From: Pseudomonadota bacterium
GTDB taxonomy: Bacteria > Bdellovibrionota > FAC87 > UBA2466
Reading direction: 5' to 3'
Assembly: GCA_043718025.1 (NCBI GenBank)
Contig: JAYSWN010000188.1
Coordinates: 28,766-92,765, forward strand
DNA length: 64,000 nucleotides
Both the position numbers and the translations under genes were made by a program. How positions within the stretch are numbered: position 1 is the first letter of the stretch; each line of letters opens with the position of its first letter. The notes beneath the pieces were generated by a model. That model was not told where the DNA came from. It saw nothing but the letters and a program-made list of their open reading frames with translations, and made no database searches. Shown one piece after another: positions 56,964-64,000 of the stretch.

Positions 56964-57521
56964 TTAGCTGTTTTTCTTGATGCTAACTTTGGTCATTTTG
57001 TCGCCTTGCTTGATCTTCTTCACGGCGTCGAGCCCTTTAGTCACCATTCCGAACACCGTATAACTGCCATCCAAATGGGGATGCCGGCCGAGTGAAATGT
57101 AGAACTGACTGTCGGCCGAATTTGGATCCTGAGCCCGGGCCATCGCCAAGGTGCCTTCCAAATGCTGCTTAGAGTTAAACTCGGCAGGTAAGTTCTTACC
57201 CGATCCACCCGTTCCGTTTCCCTTCGGGTCGCCGCCTTGAACCACAAAGCCAGGCACCACGCGGTGAAAGGCGAGGCCGTTATAAAAGCCTGCCTCCGTC
57301 AATTCAATGATGCGCGCCACCGTTTTTGGGGCATCGCTCGGATAAAGTTCTGCTTCAATCGTTCCGTACTGCGTTTCAATGACTAACAAGTTACCTCCAG
57401 GTGCGCCGCCGGTTGTCGCCGGCGTAACTTTTTCCCCCTGCTTTGTACACGTGCAGGAGGATAGAAATAGGGCCAAAAACAAAAAAAGTGCTGTGTTGAG
57501 TCGAGATGCAATGGTCTTCAT
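56964..57521 (-). CDS. Cyclophilin-type peptidyl-prolyl isomerase (lipoprotein)
   Basis: Lipobox LSS-C; FHRVVPGFVVQGGDP, AMARAQDPNSADSQFY, HLDGSYTVFG. Confidence 0.94.
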   Translation of the reverse strand: MKTIASRLNTALFLFLALFLSSCTCTKQGEKVTPATTGGAPGGNLLVIETQYGTIEAELYPSDAPKTVARIIELTEAGFYNGLAFHRVVPGFVVQGGDPKGNGTGGSGKNLPAEFNSKQHLEGTLAMARAQDPNSADSQFYISLGRHPHLDGSYTVFGMVTKGLDAVKKIKQGDKMTKVSIKKNS

Positions 57522-57574
57522 GACGGATAAGCGTAAGTTTGGCCTAAGCCAATGGCAAGTGGGATCCCAACGCG

Positions 57575-58738
57575 CTAGCTTTCAAGCGCCGAAATAAAAT
57601 CAGCCACTAAATCTTTGGCATCTTCAACGCCCACCGATACCCGAACCAGGTTATCGAGTACCCCCATTTTAATGCGCTCGGGAAGCGAAATGCCAGAATG
57701 CGAAGTGGTTGCCGGCCTTGTGACTAACGACTCCACGCCACCTAGACTTGGGGCAACGTAGGGCAACTTTAAGCGCGAAAGAAATTTATCGGTGTCTTCC
57801 CCGCTACCCACGTATTCAAAGGCAATCATTCCCCCGAAACCACGAAACCACTCTTTCGCAAGTTGGTGTTCGGGATGCGATTTTAGCCCTGGATAACGCA
57901 CGTTTCTTGCTTTTGGGTGCGCCGAGAGCGCCTCAGCCAATGCCATTGCCCCCTCTTGATGTGCCTTCATCCGTGGCCCCAAAGTTTTAATCCCGCGGTT
58001 CAAGAGAAAGCAGCTGTTGGGATCGAGAGACCCGCCCATGTGGTTAAGCAAATTGTGAATTTTATCGACCAAGCTTTTTTTGCCGGCAACCGCTCCCGCA
58101 ATCACGTCGGAGTGACCGTTCAAGTATTTAGTTGCGCTGTGAATCACCAGATCAAATCCAATTAGGGCAGGATTAAAAAAATACGGCGAGCAAAAGGTGT
58201 TATCGATAAGCAGCAGCGCCCCATTTTTTTTTGCCATTTCGACGATGCGCTTAAAATCAGGAATTCGCATCCGTGGATTAGAAATGGACTCTAAGTAAAC
58301 CGCCGCCGGCCGACGGGACAACGCCAGCTCAAGCGTAGAGAGATCGCCCAAATCAAAAGTGCTGAAACTGCGGCCAAAACCCTCAAAGTCGTGAGTTAAA
58401 AAGGTACGAGTGCCTCCGTACATATCAGCTTGAGCTACCAAATGTTGCCCCTTGTCGACCGCCGCTAAGAGCGCCGTAGAAATAGCCGCCATGCCCGAGG
58501 CCATTACCAGGGCACTTTCGGTCTGTTCTAATGCGGCAATTTTGTCGGCAAGCATCGTATGATTGGGGGTATTGCTTAGTCGCGTATACAGCACCTCGCC
58601 GTAGCTCTTCGCTCCAGCGTATTCGAAGGTGGAGTTTTGGTAGATGGGCGTGCCTACCACGCCAAAGGGGCCAGGTCGCTGGTCACCAGCGTGAACGGCG
58701 TTAGTCATAAAGCCAAATTTATTATGGGGGGTTTTCAT
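57575..58738 (-). CDS. Cys/Met-metabolism PLP enzyme (cystathionine gamma-lyase/synthase family)
   Basis: YTRLSN, SGMAAI, DNTF, HSATKYLNGHSD, PSLGGVESL, RVSVGVED. Confidence 0.92.
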   Translation of the reverse strand: MKTPHNKFGFMTNAVHAGDQRPGPFGVVGTPIYQNSTFEYAGAKSYGEVLYTRLSNTPNHTMLADKIAALEQTESALVMASGMAAISTALLAAVDKGQHLVAQADMYGGTRTFLTHDFEGFGRSFSTFDLGDLSTLELALSRRPAAVYLESISNPRMRIPDFKRIVEMAKKNGALLLIDNTFCSPYFFNPALIGFDLVIHSATKYLNGHSDVIAGAVAGKKSLVDKIHNLLNHMGGSLDPNSCFLLNRGIKTLGPRMKAHQEGAMALAEALSAHPKARNVRYPGLKSHPEHQLAKEWFRGFGGMIAFEYVGSGEDTDKFLSRLKLPYVAPSLGGVESLVTRPATTSHSGISLPERIKMGVLDNLVRVSVGVEDAKDLVADFISALES

Positions 58739-59094
58739 ACTGCTTCTGTCTCCGGTATTTCGATGAGCAATCGATGCTCTTCTTCTTTAAATTTTAAACC
58801 TCTAAGTTTCGCCCCCAAACACGGCCCACCGGTGCAGGTGCCAGTTTCAATTTCATAAAGGGCACCGTGCATTTGACACTGCAATTGGGTGCGATCGTAT
58901 GAAAAAAACTGATCGTCTTCCAAATCAAGGGGAATGGGCAGGTGCATGCAAAGGTTCTGGTAGGCGTAAAAACTACCCCCTTTTTTCACGACAAATCCCT
59001 TAAATTTCTTGCCGTGAACTCGGGCAACAAAAGAACGGCCCTGCCCCTCTTCGAATTTCTTTTTAGAAACTTCGGCGAGAATTTTTTTCCGCAT
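58735..59094 (-). CDS. Rieske [2Fe-2S] protein
   Basis: NLCMH...CQMHGALY...GGPC; probable ATG at 59094; overlaps the PLP enzyme start. Confidence 0.9.
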   Translation of the reverse strand: MRKKILAEVSKKKFEEGQGRSFVARVHGKKFKGFVVKKGGSFYAYQNLCMHLPIPLDLEDDQFFSYDRTQLQCQMHGALYEIETGTCTGGPCLGAKLRGLKFKEEEHRLLIEIPETEAV

Positions 59095-59111
59095 GCTGAT
59101 CCTTATGGAAC

Positions 59112-59486
59112 TCAAAGAGGAAGGGGAAATTCGGGGAGTTCGCGCCGCTGACGAAAGCCTTCGTGGTAGCCGTGGCAAAAACTTATATCAACTTCTGGAA
59201 ACTGCCAGCACCAAAAACCATCACCACTATCAAAATCAACTAACCAGAGCCCTTTCGACTGCATTCCCAAGCGCAAAATCTTACCGTGCCATTCGGCAAT
59301 GCACCGGCGGATATCTTCTTCAATCAACGTCTTTTTTTCAGGCGCCTTCAAGAGTTCGTGACGCTGGCTCAGTTCGCGCACCCTTAACTCCGCCGTTTGA
59401 GTCATGCGACGCACGACCGGAAGTAACTCTTTGGCCTCACTTAACGTGAAAAACTTTTTTTGATCGATATCAACTACGGTAGCCAT
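59112..59486 (-). CDS. DUF2203-family protein
   Basis: FTLSEAKELLP, KGLWLVDFD, CWQFPE...HGYHEGF..R. Confidence 0.88.
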   Translation of the reverse strand: MATVVDIDQKKFFTLSEAKELLPVVRRMTQTAELRVRELSQRHELLKAPEKKTLIEEDIRRCIAEWHGKILRLGMQSKGLWLVDFDSGDGFWCWQFPEVDISFCHGYHEGFRQRRELPEFPLPL

Positions 59487-59504
59487 ACAACCTGCTATTT
59501 GAAT

Positions 59505-60170
59505 CTAGTCGATGGTGACCCAAACTACGGTCACATTGTCCGAATGACGCACTTGCGAAGCCTCTTCGCACAAAACTTCAACGAGCCTTTCGGGTTCTAT
59601 TCTAAGGTTTTGAATGTGCTCTAAAAGGCGGTCTTCAGTAATCTGTTTGTACAACCCATCAGAGCAAAGCAAGAAACGGTCGCCCGCTTGAATGGCTTCG
59701 CTCTCTTCTTGAATGGTAAGCGCGTGCAGCTCAGGCGGCAGCCCCATGTAGGATGCGAGTACCGGCCCTCCCATGGTGTCATCGAAAATCTCGTGATCGG
59801 TGGTTAAACAGGTAATCATTCCCTTACGCCATAAGTAACAGCGTGAATCACCCACGTGGCAAACGTCGGCTTTGCCATCGGCAATGATTAGCGCAGTGAG
59901 TGTGCTTCCCATCAGCGCTTCGCCCAAGGTTCGTAACGCCTCTTCGAGCACCGATGTCTGAATTTTCTCAAAAACGGGTTTGAGTTCTTTTGAGTCGGGA
60001 GCAAGCGCTTTAAGTCCGGCTACCGACATTTGCGAAGCCACGTCGCCTTTAAGCCCGCCCCCTACCCCGTCGGCCACGGCAAATACGTTGCGTTCGGGCC
60101 AGATGAGAAACGAGTCTTGATTGCCCTCGCGTCCGCCAATAACACTTTTTGCGTAACCTTTAATGTCCAT
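59505..60170 (-). CDS. PP2C-family Ser/Thr protein phosphatase
   Basis: REGNQD, VADGVGG, HVGDSRCY, LLCSDGL, DNVTVV. Confidence 0.93.
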   Translation of the reverse strand: MDIKGYAKSVIGGREGNQDSFLIWPERNVFAVADGVGGGLKGDVASQMSVAGLKALAPDSKELKPVFEKIQTSVLEEALRTLGEALMGSTLTALIIADGKADVCHVGDSRCYLWRKGMITCLTTDHEIFDDTMGGPVLASYMGLPPELHALTIQEESEAIQAGDRFLLCSDGLYKQITEDRLLEHIQNLRIEPERLVEVLCEEASQVRHSDNVTVVWVTID

Positions 60171-60188
60171 AGTTACCGTCCTAAGACG

Positions 60189-60467
60189 TCATTCTAATTC
60201 AATTTCAAGGTCGCGAAAGCACCGAATTTGGCATGACCGCTTTCGTTCTCGCAGCGCTCCATCCCTGATCACCACCTGGCAGGTTCCGCAAATGCCAAGC
60301 CCGTGACAATTTAGTACCCGGTTGGCTTCACGGTAGGGAGAAAATTGGTTTTTTAGCAAGCACTCTCTAAGTACCGCACCGTACGGGGCCACGATTTGGA
60401 TGGCTTCGGGCCCGGCAGCCAGGTTGCGGAATAGGGAGATTTTGATCGTTCGGGGGGCCACCGCCAA
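60189..60467 (-). CDS. Small [2Fe-2S] ferredoxin-like protein
   Basis: NCHGLGICGTC...RSCQ; start codon uncertain. Confidence 0.8.
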   Translation of the reverse strand: MAVAPRTIKISLFRNLAAGPEAIQIVAPYGAVLRECLLKNQFSPYREANRVLNCHGLGICGTCQVVIRDGALRERKRSCQIRCFRDLEIELE

Positions 60468-60601
60468 CCTGTACCATACCCCCCCAAGGCTTAGCCGTTA
60501 GAAATATCATAATTGTTATTAATAATAAGAATTCAATTAGTTAGCTGTGTGTATACTGCCTGTATATTGCGGGGCGTAGAGGCTCCTTTTATACTGAAGT
60601 T

Positions 60602-60728
60602 GCGATCTTCTACGCGCGGGGGCGGCAATAAACTTGAAGAGGACGAACCCCCGAAACCGGAATCCATTGGCCAAGCATACCCCTCGCTTGGTCAGGTCCG
60701 ATTTAAGTTTGCCGCCCCCACTTTTTTT
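60602..60728 (+). ncRNA. Candidate small structured RNA
   Basis: TTGCGG-17-TATACT promoter; long closing stem 60618-60719 with internal hairpins; T7 tail; no family recognised. Confidence 0.5.
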
Positions 60729-60779
60729 CCAAGCCTTTCCAGCCCTAGCTTTTTCTTTCGCACAGCGCTAAATAGCCGC

Positions 60780-61403
60780 ATGCTCTGGCTTTCGCTTGAT
60801 CTCGTTTCCCATTTTCCCAGCCTCAGCCTTCACTCGGTTGAAGGAAATACCCTTACGCTCATCAAAGCGGTGACCTCCGAACAGCGTGGAGGCCTTGAGT
60901 GGACCATTCCCCATTTAGAATCCTTACTTAAAACGACCGGCCACACCCTCCCGCAAATTGACCATTGGTTTTTGCCCGAAGGGCCTGGGTCATTTACTGG
61001 ATTAAGAATTGGGGCCGCCACCGTAAAGGGGCTCATTACCGTGCATCCGCGACCAGTCACGGTGATCAGTTCGCTCGAAGCCCGTCTTTTGGCCTTTGGC
61101 AAAAGGGCCGTTGCCGTCTATCGCGTAGGAAAAGATCAGTATGCGGTTGGCCACAAGGCAAATGGCAAATGGCAGTCCCAGGTGGTGAGCGAAAAAGAGC
61201 TTCCCGCGATAGCGGCGGGCAACCCCATCTTAATTGATGGCGGCGCCCAACTTACCATCGCGGGAACTCAACTCTTTGAACTAAACGCGAAACAGCTGGC
61301 CGAAGCCTTTGGCCATAGCCAAACGGCAACCACACTGCAAACGCCCGCCGAATGGATGCCTTTTCAACCCAGTTACTGGGGTGACACCCGTTTCGGCGGG
61401 TAA
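60780..61403 (+). CDS. tsaB: tRNA threonylcarbamoyladenosine biosynthesis protein TsaB
   Basis: GPGSFTGLRIG...KGL...ISSLEA; probable ATG at 60780. Confidence 0.85.
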   Translation: MLWLSLDLVSHFPSLSLHSVEGNTLTLIKAVTSEQRGGLEWTIPHLESLLKTTGHTLPQIDHWFLPEGPGSFTGLRIGAATVKGLITVHPRPVTVISSLEARLLAFGKRAVAVYRVGKDQYAVGHKANGKWQSQVVSEKELPAIAAGNPILIDGGAQLTIAGTQLFELNAKQLAEAFGHSQTATTLQTPAEWMPFQPSYWGDTRFGG

Positions 61404-61432
61404 AGATCCGCTAGGCTACTGCACTCAGGGTT

Positions 61433-63076
61433 TTATTTTCTCTTACGAGAAAACCAAACGGCGATACCGGCTAAAAACATTCCGAAGGGCGCAAAGAAAA
61501 CCGAAGCCAAAGTAATTACCTTGGCACGCTCTTCGGTGATGTTGAATTCACTCGAATCGGCAGCTTTTGGGCGAACCGCAATCAGATCTTCCTCGTGCGC
61601 CAGCCAGCTCAGCATGTTTTGAAAAAGATCGGCGTTGATACCAAATCGCCGGGCGCTATTGCCGGCAAAGTCAGAATCTCCCACTACGATCATGCGGAAC
61701 TCAGGATCTTTTTCTGGCTTGTTCTCTGCCAATTTCTCTTTTTCTTTGGCATCGGCATCTTTCAACGAGGTGGGAAAAGGCTCTGCCTTTTTATCAACTT
61801 TGCCGGTGACGGCAAAAGCTAAACCGATTGGCCCCTTGCGGTTCTTTTTTTCGTCCAGTTCAATGCGACCACCCTTCATGCCTTCAAGAGACTTCATATT
61901 GACTTGAAAGCTCTTGTTGCTGGTCGAAAAAAGTGGCGACACGGTCACGCCAGCAGGCAACACCGCCATTTTTTCAATCGGGGTTGGCACCGGATAGATC
62001 GTAGGCTGCTTGGCCTCCTGAGTGATCTGATGGGTAGCATCGTAGGTCATTACGATTGGGGTCAGCGGATTTCCGCCCGCCATTCGCTGCAACGGATTGG
62101 TCTCTAAAATGGTGTCGCCACGCTTCCAATCCAATCCAAACTTCTCCAAGAAAGGTTTCAAATTGGCGGAGGAATCAGGCTCGAGCATTATCATCATCTT
62201 GCCGCCCAAACGTACGTAGCTATCGAGCATTTTTAGCTCGTGCTCCATAAACTCAGACTTGGCGGCCGGAATAATAATGATCTCGGCGTCGGCCGGAACT
62301 TTCTCTTTATCGAGTAGCACCAGATCTTCCACTTTGTAGCGGCCGTTTTCCAACGCGTCTTTCATCTCCGAATAACCTTCTTTGCCGGTATCCGAAGGCA
62401 AACGCTCGCCGTGACCCGACAAGAAGTAGATCTTTTTCTTATCGCCTTTAGCTACCTGAATAATCGCGTTGGTGAGCTTTTCTTCGACCTTCGGATCATC
62501 CGGTCCGTAGATATTATCTACATTTACGGTACGAGCTTCAGACTCCACCACGATGGTTCCGGCTTGTTTGATCTTGTACTTAGTAACGGCCGTAGGCTCT
62601 TTATCCACGTCTACGAACTCAGGCTTGATCATGTTCGTATGGTAGGTGTACTTATCGAAAATTTTCGTAAAGTTTTGCACCTGATCGGGATTGGCAAAAG
62701 TACGAAGCCGTACCTCTGTTTTCATCGCCTTTAAAATCTTAACCGACTGCTCCGACAACGTGTGCACCTTGTTTTTAGTAAGGTCTTTTTTTACGTCATG
62801 TTCGTTAGCAATAAGATTAAGCACCACCGCAATGACTAAGGCCACAATCGACATGAACGCAGAGTTCAGGCCGTATTGCGTAGTCCGTTTGGAAAAGAGT
62901 TGTTTAAGCGATTCTTTCTCCAGCACCGCGTAGGCCACTAGCCCCGCCACCCCTAATCCGACACAGAGCTGCCAAACCAGCGGAAGGTGCGGAAGCAGGT
63001 AAGCGGTTACGCCAGACAACACCAGCAAGAACAGCGCTGAAACTCCAACAATGATCGAAATATTTTTGTTTTTCAT
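61433..63076 (-). CDS. GldG-like ABC-associated membrane/periplasmic protein
   Basis: DLTKNKVHTLSEQS, VDVD, KIYFLSGHGE, IVVGDSDF, NADLFQNMLSWL, C-terminal TM helix. Confidence 0.88.
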   Translation of the reverse strand: MKNKNISIIVGVSALFLLVLSGVTAYLLPHLPLVWQLCVGLGVAGLVAYAVLEKESLKQLFSKRTTQYGLNSAFMSIVALVIAVVLNLIANEHDVKKDLTKNKVHTLSEQSVKILKAMKTEVRLRTFANPDQVQNFTKIFDKYTYHTNMIKPEFVDVDKEPTAVTKYKIKQAGTIVVESEARTVNVDNIYGPDDPKVEEKLTNAIIQVAKGDKKKIYFLSGHGERLPSDTGKEGYSEMKDALENGRYKVEDLVLLDKEKVPADAEIIIIPAAKSEFMEHELKMLDSYVRLGGKMMIMLEPDSSANLKPFLEKFGLDWKRGDTILETNPLQRMAGGNPLTPIVMTYDATHQITQEAKQPTIYPVPTPIEKMAVLPAGVTVSPLFSTSNKSFQVNMKSLEGMKGGRIELDEKKNRKGPIGLAFAVTGKVDKKAEPFPTSLKDADAKEKEKLAENKPEKDPEFRMIVVGDSDFAGNSARRFGINADLFQNMLSWLAHEEDLIAVRPKAADSSEFNITEERAKVITLASVFFAPFGMFLAGIAVWFSRKRK

Positions 63077-63082
63077 GACCTG

Positions 63083-63856
63083 TTATCTCCAGCGATTGCT
63101 CTCCACCACGCGGTGGGTGAGAAATAGCATGAATCCGGTAAATGTTATGAAGTAGACAAAGTCTTTTAAATTCAAAAGCCCTTCAATAAAGCTGGTGAAA
63201 TGCCCTAAGGGCGAGAGGTAAACCAAGGTCGGTCCCCACTCGATAAATCCCCACTTTGCGGTTAACCCTTGGCCGATAGACTGAAGCAACCAGAGCAGAA
63301 GCAGAACGATAAACGTCCACACCGCGGCAATGGCTTGGCTGCTAGAAATCGCTGAAATCAGCGCGCCCAGCGAAATATAACAACTCAGTGCCAAGAAAAG
63401 CCCCAGGTAGGTCGACGCGATGATTGTGCCCTCGGGATTTCCCCACAGGATCATAAACAACACGTAGATGAACGACACGGCCATCATCAGCACCATAAGC
63501 GCGTACGCCGCAAAGAACTTGCCCAACACCAATTCCGCACTGCGGATAGGAGCGGTAAACAATAGCTCCAAAGTGTTTTGGCGCTTCTCTTCGGCAAACA
63601 GCCGCATGGTCAGAAACGGCGTTACGAAACAGAGGATGAACGCCATGTTCTGATAAAGGTACGACGCCAACTTATCCAGCGTAATCCCTTGGGCCTGTCC
63701 AAACCGTTGCATCGTGTTGGCCTGGTGGTAAATGGCCACGAATTTAGCAAAGATAATTCCCATCACCAGCAAAAAGATGCCGATAATCACGTAAGCAATA
63801 GGAGAGTAAAAATAAGTTCTCAGCTCTTTTTTTGCGATCGCAATTGCGCCTCTCAT
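63083..63856 (-). CDS. ABC-2 type permease (GldF-like)
   Basis: KKELRTYFYSPIAY, LTMRLFAEEKRQNTLELLFTAP, VLGKF. Confidence 0.9.
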   Translation of the reverse strand: MRGAIAIAKKELRTYFYSPIAYVIIGIFLLVMGIIFAKFVAIYHQANTMQRFGQAQGITLDKLASYLYQNMAFILCFVTPFLTMRLFAEEKRQNTLELLFTAPIRSAELVLGKFFAAYALMVLMMAVSFIYVLFMILWGNPEGTIIASTYLGLFLALSCYISLGALISAISSSQAIAAVWTFIVLLLLWLLQSIGQGLTAKWGFIEWGPTLVYLSPLGHFTSFIEGLLNLKDFVYFITFTGFMLFLTHRVVESNRWR

Positions 63857-64000
63857 ACTTCGCTCCTTCGGCCGCCGATGAGGCCCAAATAATACTCTTC
63901 AAGCGCCAACTGAACCGGCTGCATGCGAATCAATCCCGCCCCTTGGTTCACCACGGTTTTCGAAAGCTCTGCCATCAGTTCATCGCGAGCTTCTGATTCC
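63853..64000 (-). CDS. ABC transporter ATP-binding subunit (GldA-like), C-terminal fragment
   Basis: Manual translation ...RDELMAELSKTVVNQGAGLIRMQPVQLALEEYYLGLIGGRRSEV*; ATGA overlap with the permease. The product call relies mostly on gene context. Confidence 0.65.
   Translation of the reverse strand, partial: ESEARDELMAELSKTVVNQGAGLIRMQPVQLALEEYYLGLIGGRRSEV

Noticed and set aside
60618..60719. SRP (4.5S) RNA call
   Set aside because: The size and GGTCAGGTCCG are suggestive, but the GNRA tetraloop and AGCAG of helix 8 are absent.
60513..60779. 89-aa N-terminal extension of TsaB in the ORF track
   Set aside because: TsaB-like sequence begins at ATG 60780; the upstream part overlaps a promoter, a structured RNA candidate and a T-tract.
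110..63892. Many short ORF-track entries antisense to or nested in well-supported genes (e.g. 575-1033, 25325-25789, 37063-37656, 48325-48870, 54387-54983)
   Set aside because: Shadow ORFs with no motifs or translation signals; explained by the real overlapping genes.

Overview
A densely coding bacterial chromosomal window, mostly housekeeping genes. It is probably from a Bdellovibrionota/Oligoflexia-like organism; this is inferred from the TIGR02147-like gene, the bacterial topoisomerase VI A+B pair and RxPAS-type motifs. In order it carries: partial gmd, gatCAB, a GNAT, UvrD/PcrA, a HEAT-repeat cyclophilin, top6A/top6B, gltA, proC, tRNA-Val(TAC) followed by an accessory block (lipoproteins, TIGR02147-like gene, NDH-2, a three-repeat secreted protein), HD-GYP, RNase J, a LysM lipoprotein, metK, tig-clpP-clpX-lon, rho with two lspA genes, csp, ftsK...lolA-yajQ-rimO, a TetR module, lptF, rarA, tsaB and a Gld-like ABC system. 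I saw no CRISPR array, integrase, transposase or rRNA. The best candidate for an undescribed system is a putatively sigma54-driven, translationally coupled pair of paralogous secreted Gly/Ser-rich proteins (46015-50126). They share a Cys-rich core, but only one keeps an HExxxH zinc-peptidase-like motif, and both carry [YF]DD..K repeats. Other highlights: two unannotated structured RNA candidates (37885-38050 and 60602-60728), a signal-peptide protein with a degenerate Fic-like motif, sigma28-type promoters, and many genes that look leaderless. All calls come from reading the sequence by eye; no searches or folding programs were run.
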